DNA of 64,000 nt from Candidatus Saccharimonadota bacterium (GTDB taxonomy: Bacteria > Patescibacteriota > Saccharimonadia > Saccharimonadales > UBA10212): the NCBI GenBank assembly GCA_022841445.1, contig JALHRM010000001.1, forward strand, positions 13,002 through 77,001, in the 5' to 3' direction. The notes under the pieces were generated by a model. It was not told the origin of the DNA. It did not search any database and saw only the letters and a list, made by a program, of their open reading frames with translations. Position numbers and translations under genes: made by a program. Each line of letters opens with the position of its first letter. Position 1 is the first letter of the stretch. Below are positions 34,929 to 43,137 of the stretch, piece by piece.

Positions 34929-36344
34929 ATGGCAACAAAACTGAACAAGAAGCAGCAGGTAGCTCTGCAAAAACGCCAGCTTTATCGCAAAATTATTGGG
35001 ATAATGGCCATCATCGGAGTAGTGTCATTTTTACTGTATCGCTTTACACTTCTAGATACATTCATCACTCATAATCCGCTCAAAACCATCGGTCAAATCC
35101 AGAAAGAAAGCAAGGATTTTCGCGACTACGTATGTTCCGCCCAAGCCGACGACATGCTCGGTAAGGGTGCCGAACTTAGTTACGTGCCACCTGCCCCACA
35201 TGTGCTTGAACGTTATAAAACCAATCTTGAAGCAACAAACCTAGTTACTAATGCATCACTGTCATCTACCCGTGAGGGTGGTGATCCGGTTGGCTTTAGC
35301 CGCTCAACAGTAGTTGACGAAGTACATTCGTACAGTCTTAATAAAGATGAGGCAAACGAGCCATTCCTGCGCAGCGAACGTAAAGTAGCCAATGCATCTA
35401 CTGCTACATGGGTTATGGATCCGGTAGCCCTCAAACAAACGGATTATTACTTCAGCGTCGAACTTCGATCCCAGAAACCTATTAGTATCAGCCTGTTGCT
35501 TACCAGACATGATGGCTCACAACAATACCGCAGCTACACCCAGATCAACGGCAAATCATCATGGCAGAAGGTTGATGGATACTTTCAGAACATCGAACAC
35601 CAATACAAATCCGTCCAAATACTCGCCCACAGCACCAAAACCGGTACGACCGATTTGCGAAAACCGATTGTTCAGGCCCTCAAGCAAAATCCTTTGAATA
35701 ACGGTATAGTCAGCATCACTTTTGATGACGGCTGGGAAAGCATATACAAGTTCGCCCGGCCATTATTTGAAAAATATGACGTTGTGACCACACAGTTCGT
35801 CATCGGCAGTTATACCGCCAAGGAAACCGGCGGCTATATGACTGTTGCCCAACTTAAGAATTTGCAGGCAGCAGGACACGAAATAGCCAGTCATAGCCTG
35901 AAGCACTGTGATCAGACCAAATTAGCGGCGACAGATCTTGCGTATGACGCATCCGAAACTAAAGACGTTCTCACCAGTAACGGGCTCGGCTCGGCAGGAT
36001 ACGCCTACCCTTACGGCGCATATGACGTAGAAACATTTAATGAACTCCAGAAACTACATCGCTACACTCGTACCAGTGACGAAGGGTTCAACGACTACTA
36101 CGTAAACCCATATCAAATACGCACTCAAAACGTCACTAATCAAACTACTCAAGCCGAAATTGATGGCTGGCTTGCAACAGCCAAGCAGTACAATTACTGG
36201 CTTGTCCTTGTTTATCACCGGGTGGATGAATCAGGCGAATATAGCATTACCGTGGATCAACTCAACAAACACCTCGCAAGCATCCAAGGCTCAGGTCTTA
36301 CAGTAATGACCGTCGATCAAGCACTTAAAGCTGTAAATCGATAA
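34929..36344 (+). CDS. Membrane-anchored polysaccharide deacetylase (CE4, NodB homology)
   Basis: N-terminal TM segment, a middle beta-rich module, and CE4 motifs ITFDDGWES and HEIASHSLKH. The C-terminal ~70 aa are paralogous to the end of the 37468 ORF. Confidence 0.75.
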   Translation: MATKLNKKQQVALQKRQLYRKIIGIMAIIGVVSFLLYRFTLLDTFITHNPLKTIGQIQKESKDFRDYVCSAQADDMLGKGAELSYVPPAPHVLERYKTNLEATNLVTNASLSSTREGGDPVGFSRSTVVDEVHSYSLNKDEANEPFLRSERKVANASTATWVMDPVALKQTDYYFSVELRSQKPISISLLLTRHDGSQQYRSYTQINGKSSWQKVDGYFQNIEHQYKSVQILAHSTKTGTTDLRKPIVQALKQNPLNNGIVSITFDDGWESIYKFARPLFEKYDVVTTQFVIGSYTAKETGGYMTVAQLKNLQAAGHEIASHSLKHCDQTKLAATDLAYDASETKDVLTSNGLGSAGYAYPYGAYDVETFNELQKLHRYTRTSDEGFNDYYVNPYQIRTQNVTNQTTQAEIDGWLATAKQYNYWLVLVYHRVDESGEYSITVDQLNKHLASIQGSGLTVMTVDQALKAVNR

Positions 36345-36941
36345 CTACTGTTTTATTACGTCTTTGAGTTTGAAGGTAAACAACTGGCGATTCTGATAAA
36401 ACGATCCTGAACAGGTCTGGATAGTCAGTATAGGCTCACCTTGATAATTAAATATCGATGTGTCATTTGGTGATACTTCGACGGCACCAACAAACATATA
36501 GATGAAGATAAGTCCGTTATCAGTGTATGCTCTGGCTTCCTGGTTCATCTGGATAGACGACAGACTGTTCAGCACACCCTTGCGGTTGTGGCCATAAATA
36601 AAGCTGTTGCCGCTTTTATTATTGGGTTTAGCCGTAACATCAGCAAAATGCGCCTTATCAAGACTTAATGACCAATTCTTAGTCTTTTGATCATAAACGC
36701 CAGGCACCACCTGCAGATCTATGCCTAATCCTTCAATAAATAGACGCGTAGGGTTGCCCGTGATGTAAGGGACGTTGTGATCTGTTTTGGCAGCCACCAG
36801 CGGCTGCGTCAACTGTGGTGCATCTTTGCCAAAGACGCCTTTAAACGCCTGGATGGACGCATCCTGGTTGGTTAGTAAAATTGCACTGCCACTAAGCAGT
36901 GCAATTAACCAAGCAATAGTAAAGAGAGGTAGCCTCCACAT
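36345..36941 (-). CDS. Sortase (cysteine transpeptidase)
   Basis: N-terminal TM anchor, the His motif FIYGHN, the catalytic LTIQTCSG (TLxTC) and a downstream Arg (YQNRQ). Confidence 0.8.
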   Translation of the reverse strand: MWRLPLFTIAWLIALLSGSAILLTNQDASIQAFKGVFGKDAPQLTQPLVAAKTDHNVPYITGNPTRLFIEGLGIDLQVVPGVYDQKTKNWSLSLDKAHFADVTAKPNNKSGNSFIYGHNRKGVLNSLSSIQMNQEARAYTDNGLIFIYMFVGAVEVSPNDTSIFNYQGEPILTIQTCSGSFYQNRQLFTFKLKDVIKQ

Positions 36942-37008
36942 AATCGGGTTCCTAAAGCTTCCTAATACTTTTTAGAGTAGATCTGTAATACGTTTATAAG
37001 AATTAAAA

Positions 37009-37191
37009 CTACTTAGTTCGGCGAGCAAGTACCTTGCCGAGTTGGATAGCAATCATTGCGACACCAAAAGCGACCAGCACCATACCGGCTATCACGACGA
37101 ATCGTGCAGCACCAGTATTTGGCAAAACTGCAACAACAGCTGCGCCAGTAGTAGCAGTACCTGTACCTAGTACAACGGGTTGACCAGACAT
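37009..37191 (-). CDS. 60-aa LPNTG cell-wall-sorting-signal mini-protein (no N-terminal signal peptide)
   Basis: MSGQPVVLGTGTATTGAAVVAV-LPNTG-AARFVVIAGMVLVAFGVAMIAIQLG-KVLARRTK. A GAGGAG SD lies 8 nt upstream of ATG 37191. The gene is directly upstream of the sortase on the same strand. Confidence 0.6.
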   Translation of the reverse strand: MSGQPVVLGTGTATTGAAVVAVLPNTGAARFVVIAGMVLVAFGVAMIAIQLGKVLARRTK

Positions 37192-37376
37192 ATTAATTCT
37201 CCTCACCCAAACCTTGGGTATTACAGAATCCGGGGTAGTTGACCTTTTCCACACATATATGCAGGCACCACCGCTGGTCTCCCAAATCCATTAACGACAT
37301 ATTACACTATTTGTGACTTTTTGTAAAGTCTATATATTGATGTTTTTATTAAAACACTAGCACTTTACCAATTATA

Positions 37377-37405
37377 TTGACCTGATTAATACTGTAGTAT
37401 ATAGT
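37377..37405 (+). promoter_or_regulatory. Sigma70-like promoter candidate (TTGACC-N17-TATAGT)
   Basis: TTGACC at 37377-37382 and TATAGT at 37400-37405. AAGGAG lies 9 nt before GTG 37468. Confidence 0.55.
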
Positions 37406-37467
37406 ATGCATTGATAATGCTTAAGGATCGGTGGGCGGTCTTCATTAGATGAAGGAGATGGCTCACC

Positions 37468-39990
37468 GTGAATTTTAGTAGGACTCTTAAGAAGGGTTTG
37501 CTTACAACGGCAGCAGTATTGCTCATCGCTGCCCAGGCATCTTGGATTGCCGATAATCACGCCTCAGCAGCTCTGGGTCCAAATCTTATTTCTAATCCGT
37601 CTTTTGAGGTAGCTGCTCCTGCTAGTAGTACACTGCCACTGGATTGGACATCCAACAAATGGGGCACTAACAGCACGACATTTACTTATAAATCGAATTC
37701 CGCCCGAACTGGCACAAAAAGTGCGCTTGTTAAGATGACTAGTCGATCTAGTGGTGATGCCAAATGGATGCACAAAGCGGTTGCTGTGCAGCCAAACACT
37801 TCGTATACGTTCAGCGATTACTACAAGGCAAACGTTGCCAGCTCTTTGATTGCGGAAATCGGTACTGGCACCAGTGCATACAGCTATGTGACAATAGCCA
37901 ACCCAACCGCTAGTGCTTCAGTATGGAAGCAGGCTACCGCCACCCTGACGACACCCGCTAACGCTAAAACAGTTACCATCTTCCATATCATTAATAAAGT
38001 CGGAACATTAGAGATTGATGACGCCTCTTTCGGTCTTACCAATTACGCACCACCAGCTCCGACCCCTACTCCACCAACAGCCACCATTACCGCACCAAGC
38101 AATAATACTACCGTGAACGGCATCGTAAATGTCACAGCTACAGCTGGCGGTGACTCGAGCATCTCAGGGGTGCAGTTCAAGGTTAATAATGTGAACATTG
38201 GCGCAGAGGACACTATTGCCCCTTACGCAGTTGACTGGAATACGACCACTTATCCAAACACTACACACACTATTACGGTAGTAGCTCGTAACACTCAAGC
38301 ACTTGCCACGACATCCGTTCCTGTCACTGTAACAGTTAACAACATCGTAACTCCCGCACCACCAACACCGCCAGTTGATTCTGCGAATCTTATTCCTAAC
38401 CCTTCCGCTGAAACAGCCGAGACAGGGAACACTCAAAAACCTGTTGACTGGAGCAATGGTAGCTGGGGTACCAATACGCCGACATATTCGTATGTGAACG
38501 AAGGCCACAGTGGCACTAAGAGTGTGCGTACAACTGTTAGTAACTATTCCAGTGGTGACGCTAAATGGTACTTTAACCCCGTAACTGTCAATCCCGACAA
38601 GTCATATGACTACAACCACTACTACAAATCAAATACGACTACAGATATTCTGGCTCAGTTTACCGATGCTGGGGGCACAAATTCGTACAAATGGCTAGGT
38701 ACTGTAGCGCCTAGCACTATTTGGCAATTATTTTCCAGCAGCTTTATAACTCCTGCCGCTGCAACTAAAGTGACTGTTCTGCATATCGTATACAGTAATG
38801 GGTGGTTGCAACTCGATGATATAAGTCTAAAAGCTACTGCACCGCCTATTGTTGATAACGGTACCCCGTCAAACGGTTCTCTGGAACGAGCCATCAGCAA
38901 TAACCCTTCATTGCCCGATCTATGGACAAAGAGCAGTTGGGGCACAAATACACCAACATTTGAATATGTGAACGAAGGCCACACCGGCAACAGAAGTGTA
39001 AAAACAACTATTAGTAACTACGTAGACGGTGACGCTAAATGGTACTTTAACCCGATAACCACACTAGAACGCGGCAAACAGTATCGCTTTAACACTTGGT
39101 ACAAGACCAATACTTTGCCGAAAGTAGTTGCTATGTTTGAAAAAGACAACGGTACTACTACCTATTTTGGCCTGCCGAACCCGCAACCGAATGGCAGTGC
39201 AAACTGGCAAAATTATAGCGACACTTTTAGCGTGCCAGGGGATGCTAAGTCAGTGTCCGTGTTCATGTTCATAGATAAAAATGGCTGGGTACAAGTTGAT
39301 GATCAGACCATAACCCCCTACCTGCCAACAGGATTTAATCGCCCTCTTTTGACCCTCACGTTTGATGATGGTCACGAAGATAATGTTGCTAATGCTCTTC
39401 CGCTGCTTAACTCATACGGCATTAAGACGACACAATGTTACGCTACAGACCATGTCGAAGGGATCCAACAAGGTATTGATGGCGTGATGGCCTTTCACAA
39501 CAGCGGGCACGAAATCTGCTCCCATACAGTCAGTCATCCCTTCCTAACTACGCTGACACCAACCCAACTTGTATTCGAATTACAGCATTCCAAGCAAGTA
39601 CTTGAAACAGTTACCGGCCAACCCGTCCACAATTTTGCCTCGCCATATGGTGATTATAACCAAAGCGTGAATAACGAGATTAAAAATTACTATCGATCTC
39701 ACCGCACTGTTGACGAAGGCTACAACAGCAAAGATAACTTTGATGCCTACCGGCTACGCGTCCAAAATGTCTTCAACACTACCACTACCGGAGAGCTACA
39801 AGCCTGGATTAACCAAGCCAAAGCCACCAATACCTGGCTAATATTGGTATATCACCGTGTTGCCAATGACGCTGGACGGTACGACAGCTACCCGGCAGAC
39901 TTCGCCGCCCAGCTTGGTGTCATCAACCAAAGTGGTATAACAGTAAAGACGTACAACGATGCTCTGGGTGAAGTCGTTCCCCAACTTTAG
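37468..39990 (+). CDS. Secreted CBM-Ig-CBM-CBM polysaccharide deacetylase (CE4)
   Basis: Signal peptide, three ~150-aa CBM_4_9-like modules (..SGDAKWYFNP.. repeated), one Ig-like domain, and a C-terminal CE4 with LTFDDGHED and HEICSHTVSHP. Confidence 0.75.
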   Translation: MNFSRTLKKGLLTTAAVLLIAAQASWIADNHASAALGPNLISNPSFEVAAPASSTLPLDWTSNKWGTNSTTFTYKSNSARTGTKSALVKMTSRSSGDAKWMHKAVAVQPNTSYTFSDYYKANVASSLIAEIGTGTSAYSYVTIANPTASASVWKQATATLTTPANAKTVTIFHIINKVGTLEIDDASFGLTNYAPPAPTPTPPTATITAPSNNTTVNGIVNVTATAGGDSSISGVQFKVNNVNIGAEDTIAPYAVDWNTTTYPNTTHTITVVARNTQALATTSVPVTVTVNNIVTPAPPTPPVDSANLIPNPSAETAETGNTQKPVDWSNGSWGTNTPTYSYVNEGHSGTKSVRTTVSNYSSGDAKWYFNPVTVNPDKSYDYNHYYKSNTTTDILAQFTDAGGTNSYKWLGTVAPSTIWQLFSSSFITPAAATKVTVLHIVYSNGWLQLDDISLKATAPPIVDNGTPSNGSLERAISNNPSLPDLWTKSSWGTNTPTFEYVNEGHTGNRSVKTTISNYVDGDAKWYFNPITTLERGKQYRFNTWYKTNTLPKVVAMFEKDNGTTTYFGLPNPQPNGSANWQNYSDTFSVPGDAKSVSVFMFIDKNGWVQVDDQTITPYLPTGFNRPLLTLTFDDGHEDNVANALPLLNSYGIKTTQCYATDHVEGIQQGIDGVMAFHNSGHEICSHTVSHPFLTTLTPTQLVFELQHSKQVLETVTGQPVHNFASPYGDYNQSVNNEIKNYYRSHRTVDEGYNSKDNFDAYRLRVQNVFNTTTTGELQAWINQAKATNTWLILVYHRVANDAGRYDSYPADFAAQLGVINQSGITVKTYNDALGEVVPQL

Positions 39991-40003
39991 AAGAAACTAA
40001 TAA

Positions 40004-41290
40004 CTACTTGGTTGAATCGTATATGCCAACACTGATTGAACTATTGTTCATATCGGCAATAAAGCGTTTGAAAATTTCTACATGAGAGCTTGCTGATGGA
40101 TTGCCAGCTGGCCAGTATGACCAGTCACGTGCCTCAGATACAGCTGATTTATCTTCGGCAAATATATTGACAGAAACGTTGAAGCCTTTGTTTTTCAATG
40201 CTGTAATCTGCGAAGTCACGCCGCGCATTGTTGCTTGGCGTCTTTCAGTAGTTACTACTACCCGCTGATCGGGCGAATTTGCATAATAAACATTGTAGGA
40301 ACCGGTGTTAAACCAAACGTTGCTAGTTCCGAGTACGCGCGCTGCTTCTTCAGCCATCGAATGATTCAAAAACACAGCGGCATCATCTAACGAATCCCAA
40401 TTTGTGTTAGCTGGTGCAGCCCAGGGAAAACCCTGTAATCCAAAACTATCCACCAACCCTTTTGGTATGTTTTGCACATAAGGAACGAGACTTGCGTACT
40501 TGCCTTGAAGATAAGCCGCGTCATCACTAGGATACGTTTTGCTATCAAGCATTAACAACACCTTTGCAGCTGGGAAATTGCCCTTCAACATCTGAGCTGT
40601 TCTAGTCACATTGGCCGCATAATCGTTTGGATTTGTGTTCCCCCACTCTGGGATGTTCGCCTCCGGGAAAAGCACCCACTGACCAATTGTGGTATCTGTA
40701 ATTCCAGCATTCTTCAGTACTGCGAAATAGGCTTGCATCGGCTCATCAAACGCACCACCGGCATAGGCGTGCAGATCCATCCCCTTTTGCGGTTCCAGTA
40801 CAACCATCGGTTTGATTCCATAGTTTGCATACTGTCTAAGGACACCAGCGACGTACGAAGCCTGATCGGCAACCTGAGACATATCAGCTGGCATACCGGC
40901 AAAAAACATGGAATGATCTGCAAACGCACCACCACAGACTGATTCGTATTCTGCTAACTTAGTGAGGACTGGATTACCGCTATTACTGAGGCCAGGCCGA
41001 GACGGCGCAACTTGAGCACAGTTAGTTGGAGCAATGTCTTGGGCTGCTTCCACTACCGGCTTTGCTGCTGGAACTGATACTACACTGTTATTATCAGCCC
41101 TGGATGATGTGCGGGGTGTGCGCTTGGTTGATTTTTCAGAGGCTTCTCGGGCCGGCTCGTTAGGTCGACCCATAGTAGTACTCACTATAGTAGATGTTAA
41201 AAAAACAAGTACTCCAAAGCATGCAACAATACTCAACGGACGAGACAGTCCGTCTACCCTCTTGCGCTGTATTTTTCGCAGTTTGTACAC
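40004..41290 (-). CDS. Membrane-anchored secreted protein, possible TIM-barrel glycoside hydrolase
   Basis: N-terminal TM anchor and a low-complexity linker. The ..IKPMVVLEPQ.. and ..VLFPEANIPEWGN.. strands are loosely reminiscent of clan GH-A/GH26 motifs. No confident family assignment. Confidence 0.3.
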   Translation of the reverse strand: MYKLRKIQRKRVDGLSRPLSIVACFGVLVFLTSTIVSTTMGRPNEPAREASEKSTKRTPRTSSRADNNSVVSVPAAKPVVEAAQDIAPTNCAQVAPSRPGLSNSGNPVLTKLAEYESVCGGAFADHSMFFAGMPADMSQVADQASYVAGVLRQYANYGIKPMVVLEPQKGMDLHAYAGGAFDEPMQAYFAVLKNAGITDTTIGQWVLFPEANIPEWGNTNPNDYAANVTRTAQMLKGNFPAAKVLLMLDSKTYPSDDAAYLQGKYASLVPYVQNIPKGLVDSFGLQGFPWAAPANTNWDSLDDAAVFLNHSMAEEAARVLGTSNVWFNTGSYNVYYANSPDQRVVVTTERRQATMRGVTSQITALKNKGFNVSVNIFAEDKSAVSEARDWSYWPAGNPSASSHVEIFKRFIADMNNSSISVGIYDSTK

Positions 41291-41340
41291 GTTATTCTAT
41301 AATATCATTACCGGCATGACGAATACCCTTGAAAAGACCT

Positions 41341-41370
41341 TTAGTCGTCCGCCGTCATCTGTTATATAAT
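41341..41370 (+). promoter_or_regulatory. Promoter candidate for the tRNA-Gly/tRNA-Arg pair (perfect TATAAT)
   Basis: TATAAT at 41365-41370, 12 nt before the tRNA-Gly 5' end. A weak -35 TTAGTC lies 18 nt upstream. Confidence 0.35.
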
Positions 41371-41382
41371 GTTGTAGTATTT

Positions 41383-41457
41383 GCGGGATTCGTATATCGG
41401 CTAATATGGAAGTTTTCCAAACTTCAGAGACCAGTTCGACTCTGGTATCCCGCACCA
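41383..41457 (+). tRNA. tRNA-Gly (anticodon TCC), CCA encoded
   Basis: 75-nt cloverleaf. Acceptor GCGGGAT/ATCCCGC, anticodon arm GAAGT-TTTCCAA-ACTTC, and T arm ACCAG-TTCGACT-CTGGT. Confidence 0.85.
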
Positions 41458-41462
41458 CGAAA

Positions 41463-41488
41463 ATGAGAAAAACCTAGGTTTTTCTCAT
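41463..41488 (+). other. 26-nt perfect palindrome/hairpin in the tRNA spacer
   Basis: ATGAGAAAAACC-TA-GGTTTTTCTCAT. Two shorter hairpins follow: TCGGC-taa-GCCGA at 41495-41507 and CCCTGC-aa-GCAGGG at 41508-41521. Confidence 0.6.
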
Positions 41489-41552
41489 CGCTCATCGGCT
41501 AAGCCGACCCTGCAAGCAGGGCAAGTTCGCTGCTCTTTTCCTAAAACAATAC

Positions 41553-41629
41553 GCCCCGATAGCTCAGCTGGATAGAGCAGAGGACTTCTAAGCCTAAGGT
41601 CGCAGGTTCGAATCCTGCTCGGGGTACCA
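41553..41629 (+). tRNA. tRNA-Arg (anticodon TCT), CCA encoded, imperfect anticodon stem
   Basis: 77-nt cloverleaf with good acceptor (G1:U72), D and T arms (GCAGG-TTCGAAT-CCTGC). The anticodon loop is CTTCTAA. The anticodon stem GAGGA/GCCTA has only 3 central Watson-Crick pairs. Confidence 0.7.
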
Positions 41630-41665
41630 AAAGTTAATATTTTTGACCATTAAGGTTTAAATACC

Positions 41666-42637
41666 ATGCCGAATATTAAAGATGTTATATGTTATCCAGG
41701 ACAAGGTTCTGGTTTCACTCCAGGCTTTACAGACGGAGCCGCCCGTCATGTATTCGAAGAGGCTTCTGAGAGACTTGGCTATGATGTATATGCGACCTGC
41801 GTAGACCAGGAGAGAACACTCATGGATCCTGCATTAAGCCAACCCGCTATGGTCGTCAATGCCATGGCCACTACTGCCGCAGTAGAAGAGGCGGGTCTGA
41901 CTACTAATGCTGCTGTCGGTCATTCTCTTGGCGAGTATGGAAGTTTATTCTATGGCAGAGTACTTGGTGTGGCAGACTTAGCCGAACTCTCTGCTGATAG
42001 AGGTTCGTTTACAGCTGCTGCAATGGAAGATAACCCAACAGGTAAAATGGTCGCTCTTATGGGCAAAAATATAGATGTCAGCAGAGTAGCGAAACTATGC
42101 GAGGGTCTCAGAGATGTATGGCCAGGAAATTATAATGCGCCGGGTCAGATAGTTGTCACCGGATTAGCAAAGTCTATCGAAAGTCTAATGCTTCTTATAG
42201 CAAAAGAATTAGGTGATTTTAAAGAAAGAGATATAGTTGATGGACCGTTCCATAGCCCCCTTCTTGCACAAGCCGCAGAAAGGTTGCGACTAGCTATTGG
42301 CGATAGGGTAGACTTCCACTTTCCCGAGAGACGGATATTTTCCTCAACAACGGCAGGAGAAATACTCACAGACAAGGATGCAGAAGATGTAGTTATCAGA
42401 CAGCTATACAGTCCGGTCAGGTTCATAGATACAATTTTAGAACTTAGAAGATTAGGCGCTCGTAGGTTTTATGAATTGGCTCCACCCAGTGATCCGCTAG
42501 CACCGCCTAACCCAGCACAAGGTGTAGCCATTGGCCTCATACGTAGAATTTTAAGAAACGAAGAGGGAATACAACTCTATCGCATAGGTACTCCTGAAGA
42601 GCTTGATATCGTTTTATGTGAAAACGCTAAAGTCTAA
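41666..42637 (+). CDS. fabD: Malonyl-CoA:ACP transacylase-like acyltransferase (FabD family), orphan
   Basis: YPGQGSG, the GHSLGEYGSL active-site Ser, ADRGSF (Arg), NYNAPGQIVVTG, GPFHSPLL and SPVRF. Arg codons are atypical, with 17 of 23 being AGA or AGG. Confidence 0.7.
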   Translation: MPNIKDVICYPGQGSGFTPGFTDGAARHVFEEASERLGYDVYATCVDQERTLMDPALSQPAMVVNAMATTAAVEEAGLTTNAAVGHSLGEYGSLFYGRVLGVADLAELSADRGSFTAAAMEDNPTGKMVALMGKNIDVSRVAKLCEGLRDVWPGNYNAPGQIVVTGLAKSIESLMLLIAKELGDFKERDIVDGPFHSPLLAQAAERLRLAIGDRVDFHFPERRIFSSTTAGEILTDKDAEDVVIRQLYSPVRFIDTILELRRLGARRFYELAPPSDPLAPPNPAQGVAIGLIRRILRNEEGIQLYRIGTPEELDIVLCENAKV

Positions 42638-42645
42638 GTATAAAT

Positions 42646-42753
42646 ATGGCAGAGATAGCACCAAAACCAGAGAAAAAGAAGCGCGATGTAGTGTTCTGGC
42701 TATTTGTAGGTGCACTTGCTTTGTTTGGACTCGCTGAAATCGACAGGATGTAA
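42646..42753 (+). CDS. Possible 35-aa single-TM peptide
   Basis: MAEIAPKPEKKKRDVVFWLFVGALALFGLAEIDRM. The ATG lies 9 nt after the fabD-like stop. I found no clear SD. Confidence 0.25.
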   Translation: MAEIAPKPEKKKRDVVFWLFVGALALFGLAEIDRM

Positions 42754-42756
42754 ACT

Positions 42757-43137
42757 TTAGGCTGCTAGTAGCTTCCCTGTTACAACCTGATTTTGCTCTA
42801 TTCGTGCGAGGTAACTTTCACGAAAATCTGCCAAGCTCTCTTTTGCGGTAACAATCCCTACCACGACCGAAATTGGATACTTCTTCCTAGAAACTAATCC
42901 GCTTTCGCTAATTGGGGCAATCCGATGATCTGGCAAGAAGCCGGCATGATACTGATCGCTATAAGCAAGCCCTTGGTTAAGCCGTCTCGTTACTTCTACC
43001 ACCACGGCTACTTGAGCCAAGGTAAGTACACCGACAGCTTGTGTAGTTTGTTCTAGGTGTAGCGCGTCATCAAAGCTAGGCGCTCGAAAAAGTACTCCCT
43101 CTGCAGGATCAATAATAGCGAACTGCTTCATGCCCAA
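42757..43137 (-). CDS. Hypothetical protein (126 aa)
   Basis: Intact ORF with ordinary codon usage and no recognisable motif. Confidence 0.4.
   Translation of the reverse strand: MGMKQFAIIDPAEGVLFRAPSFDDALHLEQTTQAVGVLTLAQVAVVVEVTRRLNQGLAYSDQYHAGFLPDHRIAPISESGLVSRKKYPISVVVGIVTAKESLADFRESYLARIEQNQVVTGKLLAA

Noticed and set aside
37192-37254. 81-aa version of the LPNTG protein starting at 37254
   Set aside because: The extra 21 residues are not a signal peptide. The strong GAGGAG SD sits in front of the internal ATG 37191.
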